DNA of 63,245 nt, the filler included, from Candidatus Zapsychrus exili (lineage in GTDB: Bacteria > Omnitrophota > Gorgyraeia > Zapsychrales > Zapsychraceae), in the NCBI GenBank assembly GCA_030765585.1. It is 8 parts of 8 records of this genome, joined end to end, with 100 filler letters (N's around TTAATTAATTAA, not from the genome) between each part and the next. Parts side by side here need not be neighbours in the genome. Positions count along the whole stretch, not along the records: positions 20,517 to 29,191 come from JAVCCJ010000032.1; positions 29,292 to 46,141 come from JAVCCJ010000048.1; 6 more parts are not named here. One strand, 5' to 3'. The number at the start of each line of letters is the position of its first letter. The stretch's first letter is position 1. Below the pieces are notes generated by a model. The model was not told the origin of the DNA and did not search any database. It worked only from the letters and a program-made list of their open reading frames with translations. Shown in pieces: positions 21,551 through 29,432 of this stretch. Made by a program: the position numbers and the translations under genes.

Positions 21551-21784
21551 TACGATGAAAAAAAATTTATAGAATTAACAAAATTGTGCGAAAAACAAAT
21601 AGAAAAAACTCCCGAATGGTTAACCCCTTACTTATATTTAGGTGTAGCTTGTGCCAATCTAGGTCAAAACGAAAAAGCAATTCGCAATCTTGAGCACGTA
21701 GAACAAGAAGCAGTTGGTGATGCACAGTATTCGGATGCAGAACGCATACTTAAATACCTAAAATCGCAGCAAGAACAAAAATAG
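21551..21784 (+). pseudogene. 5'-truncated TPR protein fragment
   Basis: Frame opens right after the TCACTCTGACCCC motif (YDEKKFIELTKLCEKQIEKTPEWLTPYLYLGVACANLG); single TPR with no ATG start or RBS. Confidence 0.55.
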
Positions 21785-21914
21785 AATAAAGAGATTGATT
21801 CAATATGGCGGATATGGTAGCATATTAACAGTATTAGCAGCTTTGGTGGGAAGCCGAAGCTGCTTTTTTGTTTGGAAGAGAGGGAGGGGGTATAAAATCA
21901 CTCTGACCCCTTTT
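21778..21914 (+). repeat. Repeat unit copy 4 (full: promoter, hairpin, U-tract, TCACTCTGACCCC)
   Basis: TTGATT(21795)-17 bp-TAGCAT(21818); AGCAGCTTTGG..CCGAAGCTGCT; TTTTTTGTTTGGAAGAG; AAAATCACTCTGACCCCTTTT. Confidence 0.8.
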
Positions 21915-21959
21915 ATTTTTTACTCTCAACAAAGAAGTATCAGAAAAGATTGTTTTGCC

Positions 21960-24900
21960 ATGGAGTTGAATGTGAACAACAAAACTAAAATAGAATGTCC
22001 TAAATGCGGTTCTTCTATGCAAATTAAAACTGCCTACAAGGGTAGGAATGCGGGTGGTCAATTTTATAGCTGCACAAGATTTCCAAGCTGCAAAGGCACG
22101 CGTGACATTAGTACGTATTCTAGAAAATCCTATTCACAAAAACGCAATTCGAATTTTACACAAAAAAATAATGTCAACAGTAGCGATTTTCCATTAATGT
22201 CATCTGATTCCAGGGAGAAACTGCTAAAACTCATACGTTACTATAAGGAATGCGTTCAAGTCGAGAGTCTCAGCGAAATAAAATTACGTGAAGTAGATGA
22301 AAATAAAAATTACTTTCAGTGTCCTTCAGAAAAGGAGTGGCTATCCTCAGGAAAAGAAATATACGAAATAGATAATACTAATGAAACCTCAACTTTTGGC
22401 CGGAGCTCTAGATGGCGTAGGCGAGCCAAAAACTACTATTATTCATACCCAATATTCGTTAAAAAACTTAAAAGCAGAAACGATGGCAAGGAATCTGTTA
22501 TTATAATACCCTTGCTAATTTTTCCTATTAATCTCGAAAAAGATGCCGGTAAAATAACTATCAAAAGAGCTGACTCCTTTAGACCACAAATTAACTCCGG
22601 CATTTTAAGTATGGGCGGAGTTAGTGCAAGGTCAGAGCAAAAAAGAGTTTTCGTTGAAAAAATGCTTCAGCGTTGGGATGAAGAAGTATTATATGAAGAA
22701 AATTTTAATAGCATTATTTCTGAGCTTAAAGAAGAGTTTGGTACTGACAATTACTTAGACACAAAGCTTTCTGATCTTTGTTCAGAAAAAATAGATTTTT
22801 CAAATATAGAGACTGGATTTTATTCAAGTGGTCTAGTTTTTGAAACGCAAGGTTCCAAATATACGTTTGGGCTGGAAGAAGAACTCGAGGAAATTGAGCG
22901 AAAGTTGACATCTGGAAACACCCCTGAAATGCCGGTTTTAGAATCTCTTATCAAAAGAGAAAAAAGTTCTGGGGAAAAAGAACTGAAGGATTTAAGTTTA
23001 ATTGAAATAACCCCTCTTAATGACGAACAGAGAGATTCAGTAAAAAGCGCATTTCAAAATACTCTAAGCGTCATAACAGGTCCACCCGGTACTGGCAAAT
23101 CTCAAGTCGTCATAAACGTAATAGCTAATGCTGTGGCACGAGGACAAAATGTACTTTTTGGGAGTAAGAATCACCAAGCAGTCGATGTTGTATTGCAAAG
23201 GATCTATGAGATACAAGAACAGCCTATGATCTTAAAGTTCGGGCAAAATGCAAGGGAAAGTATATTTGCAGAACAACTTTTGACATCTATAGATAAATCA
23301 ATTGCATATGATAGTAATTCTTTAGAAGCGACACGAAAAGAATATTTTGATGAACTTAGTAGTATTGGAAAGAGAGAAGTAGAAGTTTGGGATAATATTC
23401 ATAAATGCTACGAGGCTAGAAACAGCATATCAAAGCTTGAGGTTTTGATTAGTTCTATTGAAGATAGATTGTTACCTGATTTAGCTTCCATACTGCTGAG
23501 CAATGTTGATTGCATAGACAGTAACATCAATGTAAATAATATACATATTTTAACAAAAAAAGAACTCTCAGGAAGGCATGGCGTTGTCGATCTTTTTCTT
23601 AAATTACTAGGGAAAAATATAGAAAAGAGATTACGTGCCGCTATAAATAAGCTTTTAAATGGTAAGGGTTTAGCGGATGTTGTAAAACATTATTACTTAG
23701 CAAAAATAGAAAAAAGTAGCAAGTTGACGGATCTTGCACAACAGATTGTTGATTCTAAAAAGCTAGTTGTTTTGTATCATAAATGCTCAAAGTTGAGGCT
23801 AGAAGAAAACTCTTCAGTAAAAAAAGTAACAGAATATGAAGAAATATTAAGCAGCTTACAGTCTAATAAACTGAAAATCAGTCCGAAATATATAGATGTT
23901 TTGATGTGTGAGAAATTCAAAAGTTTGGGATCTGGCGTAAGAAACGACATCTCAGACTATGTAGCTACGGCTAAAAGAATTGAGAATGACAGAGTAGGCG
24001 GAGATTTAGTTGATACCTTGCGGAAGGAGAAAAAACGGTTGTTTTCTTCTGTTTCAAAAGTTTTTCCAGCACTATCAGTATCGAACTTATCAGTAAGGCA
24101 TGTTGCACCTTTAGATATCGGAATTTTTGATTTAGTAGTTATAGATGAAGCATCTCAGTGCGATATTGCATCAGCATTGCCAATGCTTGTTAGAGCAAAA
24201 AGGGCTGTAATAATTGGTGATGAAAAGCAACTCATACATGTTTCGAATATATCGAAAGTTGATGATCAGCAAATTCAAACAAAGCACGATTTAACGGAGG
24301 TTTCTGAACAGCGTTTTCTTTATAGCACCCAATCCTTGTTTGATTTAGCTAGGTCAACAATTGCAACATCAGGAGTATATACAATATTAAAAGATCACTA
24401 CCGCAGTCGTGCAGAAATAATCCAATTCTCAAACGAAGCATTTTACGGAAATCAATTAAGGGTCTGGACTGATTATAGGCAGTTGAAGCAATCAGGTAAA
24501 ATAGATGGGATCCATTGGCATGACGTCAAAGGGGCAGTCGTAAGACCAGCTAGTGGGAGCGCACATAATTTAGAAGAGGCGAATAAGGTAGTTGACGTTT
24601 TAGAGGGAATTATTGAGACAGCACTTCAACAAAAAGCAACGGTTGGGATTGTGACACCATTTCGAGATCAGGTAAACAAAATTCGTGATTATGTGCTAAG
24701 AAAGTTACCTCCCGAAAGACTAGAAACTTTAGATTTAAAGATTGATACGGCTCATGGATATCAGGGTGACGAGCGAGATGTGATGATATTTTCACCTGTT
24801 GTTTCAAGAGGTATGGGTGACAGAACAAAAGGATTTTTATCACACACTCAAAATCTATTTAATGTTGCTATAACGCGCCCAAGAGCGGAACTTCATATCG

Positions 24901-25349
24901 TTGGTGACAGGGAGGCTTGCGCTAATTCAGGGATAGAATATCTGGAGAAATTTGTCAGATACTTTAACAAGAAAGATAAAATTAATCCCTATAGAAAAGG
25001 TGCCTATACTGAGTTATTTGACTCAAAATGGGAAGAAATGTTTTATACTAAATTGAAGGAACGAGGAATAAAGACTGAACCCCAGCTAGGCGTTCATCAA
25101 TACAAGCTGGACTTAGCCGTTCTTGAAAATGATGCTTATATTAATATCGAAATTGATGGAGAGGCCTATCACCGTGATATTACAGGAGAAAGATGTGTAT
25201 CTGATATCAAAAGGGATCTCCAGCTCAATATGATGGCTTGGATAGTAAAGAGATTCTGGGTATATGAATTGAAATATGACCTAGAACGATGCCTTAGCGA
25301 GGTTGACCTTTTAGTAAAATTGACAAAGAGCTCAAAAAAGATGAAGTAA
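21960..25349 (+). CDS. Topoisomerase-type C4 Zn finger + UPF1/DNA2-like SF1 helicase + DUF559/Vsr-like endonuclease
   Basis: CPKCG..FYSCTRFPSCKG; GPPGTGKS; DEASQ; HYRS; GYQGDERD; FNVAITR; C-terminal KLDLAV..IEIDGEAYH..DIKRD..RFW. Start moved to ATG 21960. Confidence 0.88.
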   Translation: MELNVNNKTKIECPKCGSSMQIKTAYKGRNAGGQFYSCTRFPSCKGTRDISTYSRKSYSQKRNSNFTQKNNVNSSDFPLMSSDSREKLLKLIRYYKECVQVESLSEIKLREVDENKNYFQCPSEKEWLSSGKEIYEIDNTNETSTFGRSSRWRRRAKNYYYSYPIFVKKLKSRNDGKESVIIIPLLIFPINLEKDAGKITIKRADSFRPQINSGILSMGGVSARSEQKRVFVEKMLQRWDEEVLYEENFNSIISELKEEFGTDNYLDTKLSDLCSEKIDFSNIETGFYSSGLVFETQGSKYTFGLEEELEEIERKLTSGNTPEMPVLESLIKREKSSGEKELKDLSLIEITPLNDEQRDSVKSAFQNTLSVITGPPGTGKSQVVINVIANAVARGQNVLFGSKNHQAVDVVLQRIYEIQEQPMILKFGQNARESIFAEQLLTSIDKSIAYDSNSLEATRKEYFDELSSIGKREVEVWDNIHKCYEARNSISKLEVLISSIEDRLLPDLASILLSNVDCIDSNINVNNIHILTKKELSGRHGVVDLFLKLLGKNIEKRLRAAINKLLNGKGLADVVKHYYLAKIEKSSKLTDLAQQIVDSKKLVVLYHKCSKLRLEENSSVKKVTEYEEILSSLQSNKLKISPKYIDVLMCEKFKSLGSGVRNDISDYVATAKRIENDRVGGDLVDTLRKEKKRLFSSVSKVFPALSVSNLSVRHVAPLDIGIFDLVVIDEASQCDIASALPMLVRAKRAVIIGDEKQLIHVSNISKVDDQQIQTKHDLTEVSEQRFLYSTQSLFDLARSTIATSGVYTILKDHYRSRAEIIQFSNEAFYGNQLRVWTDYRQLKQSGKIDGIHWHDVKGAVVRPASGSAHNLEEANKVVDVLEGIIETALQQKATVGIVTPFRDQVNKIRDYVLRKLPPERLETLDLKIDTAHGYQGDERDVMIFSPVVSRGMGDRTKGFLSHTQNLFNVAITRPRAELHIVGDREACANSGIEYLEKFVRYFNKKDKINPYRKGAYTELFDSKWEEMFYTKLKERGIKTEPQLGVHQYKLDLAVLENDAYINIEIDGEAYHRDITGERCVSDIKRDLQLNMMAWIVKRFWVYELKYDLERCLSEVDLLVKLTKSSKKMK

Positions 25350-25409
25350 TCATGGCCCCATGCCTGATACCTACAAAGGATAAGCCAATTTTTAAAGATC
25401 GGAGCTAAC

Positions 25410-26333
25410 ATGAAAAGAGTTATTAGGTCAATCATTGTAATTTATGGATTAGTTTGCTTATTACTTCTATTCTGGATGGGGCATAGGGGTTACTATGATG
25501 CGCTGGTTAATAATTCCCCATATTATAATACAAACAGGGATTATACTATGGCTTTGTTTTTTGAGAGATGGGATGAAATAAATTCAACTTATGATCCATA
25601 TTATGCAAAAGATAACACGCCAAAGTGGTATGACGAGATTAAAAAACCATTGTTCTTCGTTGCTGGTTCTAATAAACTAAACAAATCTCTACAAAAACTA
25701 CACGCTAAAGAGTATATTAGGCAGTATGTAAAGGGGGCTGTCGGCATAGACCATAGAAAAGTGGAAGCGTGGCTATTAAACATTGTTGTAGTAGTGAACG
25801 CTGGTGTTTACACGTATGAAGAGATTTTTTTAGCACCTGCAAAACAATATGACTTAATCTCAAGCATGCACATGAATCATTTACGACAAGTCTTAAGTTT
25901 CTTACCTATTACAGAGCACCTTGCAAGTATGAAAACGCAACTGAATCTTAGCTTGTCTGTTTTGCCAGTATTATTTGGTTTTCCACTTTTTTTAATACAG
26001 CTAGTCTTATGGATAAAAAATATTATACTTAAAAAAGAACTATCTTTTATAATGCTAAAAAGGAAAGTGGTGGTGCTGTTTCTTTACGCTTCCACTGCAC
26101 TTGCTATTGCCTATTTTATTTATTTTTTCAAAATCGAATGGGAAAAGGCAGCATATACGGACTTTGTTAGTGGAAAATTATTGCCTCTGCAAGTAGCATC
26201 TTTTACAGGCGGTATAAGTTTTTTATTTACTTTTTTATGGCTTTGGTCATTAACTATACTCTACAAGCTGACAAAAAAAGAAGTAGTCAGTACTAGAAAC
26301 ACTCTCATTACAAGACGTAAGAGGTCGTTATAG
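25410..26333 (+). CDS. Membrane protein, hypothetical
   Basis: N-terminal TM, soluble domain, three C-terminal TMs. Confidence 0.6.
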   Translation: MKRVIRSIIVIYGLVCLLLLFWMGHRGYYDALVNNSPYYNTNRDYTMALFFERWDEINSTYDPYYAKDNTPKWYDEIKKPLFFVAGSNKLNKSLQKLHAKEYIRQYVKGAVGIDHRKVEAWLLNIVVVVNAGVYTYEEIFLAPAKQYDLISSMHMNHLRQVLSFLPITEHLASMKTQLNLSLSVLPVLFGFPLFLIQLVLWIKNIILKKELSFIMLKRKVVVLFLYASTALAIAYFIYFFKIEWEKAAYTDFVSGKLLPLQVASFTGGISFLFTFLWLWSLTILYKLTKKEVVSTRNTLITRRKRSL

Positions 26334-26337
26334 ATTA

Positions 26338-26460
26338 GATAATTGGGTAGAACCTACTATTAAAGACATTCACACCTGCTTAAATAGTGATAATATACCA
26401 GTAAAGAGTAAAGATTGTGATTATTGCGCCTATAGAGAGGCGGTAGAGGGGGTTTTGTAG
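26338..26460 (+). pseudogene. C-terminal remnant of PD-(D/E)xK (Cas4/RecB-like) nuclease
   Basis: Manual translation DNWVEPTIKDIHTCLNSDNIPVKSKDCDYCAYREAVEGVL*; the P...CxxC tail is typical of PDDEXK_1 proteins; no start. Confidence 0.55.
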
Positions 26461-26538
26461 TATAATATTATGGTGTTTTTAGGTTTACCGCAAGGGGAAT
26501 GGGAACAAATGAGTGGAAATGGAGGAGGAGAAAAAGAG

Positions 26539-27003
26539 ATGAAAAAAATAATTACAATATATTTACTTTTCCTGTTAGTTGTTATTCTTTTTTTAGGATT
26601 AGCTATTCATATTAATTATATAACTATAAAATCGGAAACTATAAAAATATCTGTTTATTGCTCGTTATTTGGCTTATTGGGTGGTGTTAGTCATTGCTTA
26701 AGAAGCGTGTATTTACACACATGCGTTTTAAAAAATTGGGACCTTGAATGGGTTTACTGGTATTTTATTCGCCCTGTTATTAGCATGATAATGGGTTTTA
26801 TGAGTATGATATTTTTAAAAGCAGGACTGTTAGCCCTTTCTAGCGATTCACTTATGATGGCTACTAGCAGTAAAACTGTTTTATATTTGGCAGTAGCTTT
26901 CTTGGCAGGCTATAACGTACAAAACTTCCTAAAGAAAATAGATGCAATAGGAAAAGCCACGCTTGGTATTGAAAAAAAGCGCGAGGAAAGCAACGGAGAT
27001 TAA
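26539..27003 (+). CDS. Four-TM membrane protein
   Basis: GGAGGAGGAG RBS before ATG 26539; FGLLGG..WYFIRP..AFLAGY conserved-looking pattern. Confidence 0.75.
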   Translation: MKKIITIYLLFLLVVILFLGLAIHINYITIKSETIKISVYCSLFGLLGGVSHCLRSVYLHTCVLKNWDLEWVYWYFIRPVISMIMGFMSMIFLKAGLLALSSDSLMMATSSKTVLYLAVAFLAGYNVQNFLKKIDAIGKATLGIEKKREESNGD

Positions 27004-27004
27004 A

Positions 27005-27874
27005 ATGAAAAAACTCAGAATTATTATATTTGATGTAGAACATGGTTTTAGCGCTTTTATCAATTCTCCCAATAATTATACCATGCTCATTGACTGCGGA
27101 GCTACATCTTACTTTTCTCCTATTAAATATGTGCTTGAAAATGAGTTAAATAATGTATCAGAATATAATGGAGCAAAGCTGACTGAGTTTATCTTAACTC
27201 ACCCACATGACGATCACATAACTGATATAGCAAGACTAGCTGGTAATCTAAAACCTGCTATCCTTTCGAGACAAAAATATAACTGGGAGGAAATAAAAAC
27301 GGGTGATGATGAGGAATACGAAAATTTAGATACTTACTCTGCATGGCAAGAAGAGTACAATACACCCATTACAATGCCTCCTGACTGGGGTATGACATTA
27401 AATCATAGTATGTACCTATCAATTGACGAAGCAAGAAAAATAAACGAGGACAAGTTTATTAATAATACAAGCATGCCTACTTTCATTGAATACGCTGGGC
27501 ATAAGATAGTTTTTCCTGGGGACTTAGAAAAGGAAGGCTGGCAATCACTACTAAGAAAAGAGGGGTTTGATGCTTTTCTCCACAACACTTCGTTCTTTGT
27601 AACATCACACCATGGGCATTCTTCAGGATACTGTAATGAGATTTTCGAATGCATGGGCAAACCACATTTCAACATAGTTTCAGCACATACACGCGATGAA
27701 AGTGTTGAATCAGCATATTCTAATCCAGAAAACTCCAGAGGTGTTTTGCATAACGGCCAAACTAGACGAATGTTCTCTACAAGAAATGACGGGAGCTTAA
27801 TAATAGAAATAAGTGAGAACGGAGAAGCTACTTTTGATTTACTTAATTTCACTAACAATATCAGCATAACATAG
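27005..27874 (+). CDS. ComEC-like metallo-beta-lactamase-fold hydrolase (soluble)
   Basis: FDVEHG, IDCG, THPHDDH, FPGDLE, SHHG, STRNDG. ATG lies 1 nt after the upstream stop. Confidence 0.85.
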   Translation: MKKLRIIIFDVEHGFSAFINSPNNYTMLIDCGATSYFSPIKYVLENELNNVSEYNGAKLTEFILTHPHDDHITDIARLAGNLKPAILSRQKYNWEEIKTGDDEEYENLDTYSAWQEEYNTPITMPPDWGMTLNHSMYLSIDEARKINEDKFINNTSMPTFIEYAGHKIVFPGDLEKEGWQSLLRKEGFDAFLHNTSFFVTSHHGHSSGYCNEIFECMGKPHFNIVSAHTRDESVESAYSNPENSRGVLHNGQTRRMFSTRNDGSLIIEISENGEATFDLLNFTNNISIT

Positions 27875-27914
27875 TCTTGACAAAGCAGTAAAGGGGCTTG
27901 ACTTCGAGCCTCTT

Positions 27915-28292
27915 TTATAAAGACTTGTTTCTACGCTTATGGGTAGGGTGGCTTATATGACCTTTTTGTGCTTTATAATCCATTAATACTTTGCACCATT
28001 CATTAAATTGCTCTTTTTTGTAGCCTGCTAAATAAGGTCCAACGACTTCAATAAATTTCAGTATATCAGCATACTTATGGATTAAGTAGTCCACATAACC
28101 ATCTTTTCGCTTAGAGATATAACCATATTTAAGGGTGTTTTTAATCTGCTGAAGAAGGAAAGTATCTCTAGCGTGGGTTTTTATGCCTATCTGAAATTGC
28201 ATAAAACCGGTCTTTAAAATCTGAGAATAAAACCAGCCTTCGCCAGAATAGAAACCACCAATAAATTGAACACTTAAGTTGACATTATCCAT
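27915..28292 (-). CDS. Free-standing single-motif LAGLIDADG endonuclease-like protein
   Basis: FIGGFYSGEGWF motif, then FQIGIK..RDTFLLQQIKNTLKYGYI and YLAGYKKEQFNEW. Confidence 0.85.
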   Translation of the reverse strand: MDNVNLSVQFIGGFYSGEGWFYSQILKTGFMQFQIGIKTHARDTFLLQQIKNTLKYGYISKRKDGYVDYLIHKYADILKFIEVVGPYLAGYKKEQFNEWCKVLMDYKAQKGHISHPTHKRRNKSL

Positions 28293-28304
28293 ATTTCATA
28301 TATA

Positions 28305-28333
28305 ATTATAAGCCTCAGCAACCATAATGTCAA
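28305..28333 (-). promoter_or_regulatory. Perfect sigma70 consensus promoter of the LAGLIDADG gene
   Basis: Minus strand TTGACA-17 bp-TATAAT, 12 nt before the ATG. Confidence 0.8.
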
Positions 28334-28341
28334 GAGGGTAT

Positions 28342-28361
28342 TTATGAACTATCGTTCATAA
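28342..28361. promoter_or_regulatory. Palindromic operator upstream of DUF134 gene
   Basis: TTATGAAC-TATC-GTTCATAA; same architecture at 48152-48171. Confidence 0.6.
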
Positions 28362-28378
28362 TAAATAGGGGGTTTAAG

Positions 28379-28684
28379 ATGACTAAAAAACTAACAGGGA
28401 GGCCTGTCAAGACTAGGTATGTAAAAGCCAAACCGGGTGTAGCTCAATTCAGCCCTAGGGGCAAACCTGGTAGGCCACATGAAGTCGAAATGCACGTAGA
28501 TGAATTTGAAGCTTTGCGCCTTATAGATTATAAAAATATGAAACAATGGCAGGCATGTAGGTTTATGGGAATATCAAGGCCAACGCTTACGCGGATAATT
28601 AAAAAAGCCAGAAACAAGGTTGCGGATGGTATTGTTAATGGGAAAATTATTAGGATCGAAGGCGGCTGTGTAAAAGTTGGGTAG
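28379..28684 (+). CDS. DUF134 (UPF0251) HTH DNA-binding protein
   Basis: GRP..R, FSP, DEFEALRLIDY, MGISRPT, ARNKVAD, IRIEGG. Confidence 0.9.
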   Translation: MTKKLTGRPVKTRYVKAKPGVAQFSPRGKPGRPHEVEMHVDEFEALRLIDYKNMKQWQACRFMGISRPTLTRIIKKARNKVADGIVNGKIIRIEGGCVKVG

Positions 28685-29095
28685 TGTTAAGATTTCTCGT
28701 TGCCTTCGGCGCCTCGAAATGACAGGGGTGAAAAAGGGCTCATGAGGGGGCCTAGAATCAACGTTCTTTTGAGAAACTAGGCTAAGTAGCCTAAAAAAAT
28801 CAGGCCTTAGAAGCCCTTAAATAAGGGTGGCAAATATGGTAATATTTCACATGGCATATACAGGCAAAAAGAGGGCAAGCAATAAATAAAAAATGGCCTG
28901 TATGGGGAAAAGCGCTTGACAGGTATTACGAAAAAGAGCCTGTATGGGTTAAAAATAAAAGTTGCAAAAAGAGAAAAAAGAAGTTGACCAGCAGGTAGCC
29001 GCATAATATAATAAAACTTCGGCAACAGGTTCACATCAGCAGACACAAAGAACCAATTCAAGCACGAAATTAGCCCCTTTTCAGCCTTAATCCCA

Positions 29096-29123
29096 ATGTC
29101 CTATAATATATCTTATGTTAACT
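29096..29123 (+). other. XerCD dif-like recombination site
   Basis: ATGTCCTATAA-TATATC-TTATGTTAACT: 11-6-11 layout resembling E. coli (GGTGCGCATAA-TGTATA-TTATGTTAAAT) and B. subtilis dif. Confidence 0.8.
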
Positions 29124-29191
29124 ACGTACTATAGCTGAGTCTGCCGTAAACCTATATATGACCACACTTATAGACTTGTCCCGAAACCTTG

Positions 29192-29291
29192 NNNNNNNNN
29201 NNNNNNNNNNNNNNNNNNNNNNNNNNNNNNNNNNNTTAATTAATTAANNNNNNNNNNNNNNNNNNNNNNNNNNNNNNNNNNNNNNNNNNNN
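29192..29291. other. Artificial contig linker
   Basis: N44-TTAATTAATTAA-N44. Confidence 0.99.
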
Positions 29292-29378
29292 ATAATCATC
29301 TTCGTAGACATGGGGGCTTGAACTATGAGACCCCTTTTGATAAACTAAAAAGAGTTACCGAATTAGTGAGCTAGTACA
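29292..29378 (+). mobile_element. Right end of IS481-like element (transposase 3' end and terminal ACA)
   Basis: Translates NHLRRHGGLNYETPFDKLKRVTELVS* (rve C-terminal YN..R.H..L...TP pattern) and ends in ...TACA at a contig edge. Confidence 0.7.
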
Positions 29379-29432
29379 ACCGTACCTCTTTTCGTTAAAA
29401 GGGGTACGGTACCTATAAGATAGGTGTAGAGT

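Noticed and set aside
21795..21959. N-terminal extension of the helicase ORF
   Set aside because: It translates the promoter-hairpin repeat; the TTG start is the -35 box. ATG 21960 is more plausible.
27875..28340. Group I intron or intein context for the LAGLIDADG
   Set aside because: No interrupted host gene or splice motifs; it has its own promoter.
29136..29191. Possible IS terminal repeats after dif (GAGTCTGCCGTAAACC, GACTTGTCCCGAAACC)
   Set aside because: Too short and cut by the contig end; no transposase to support it.
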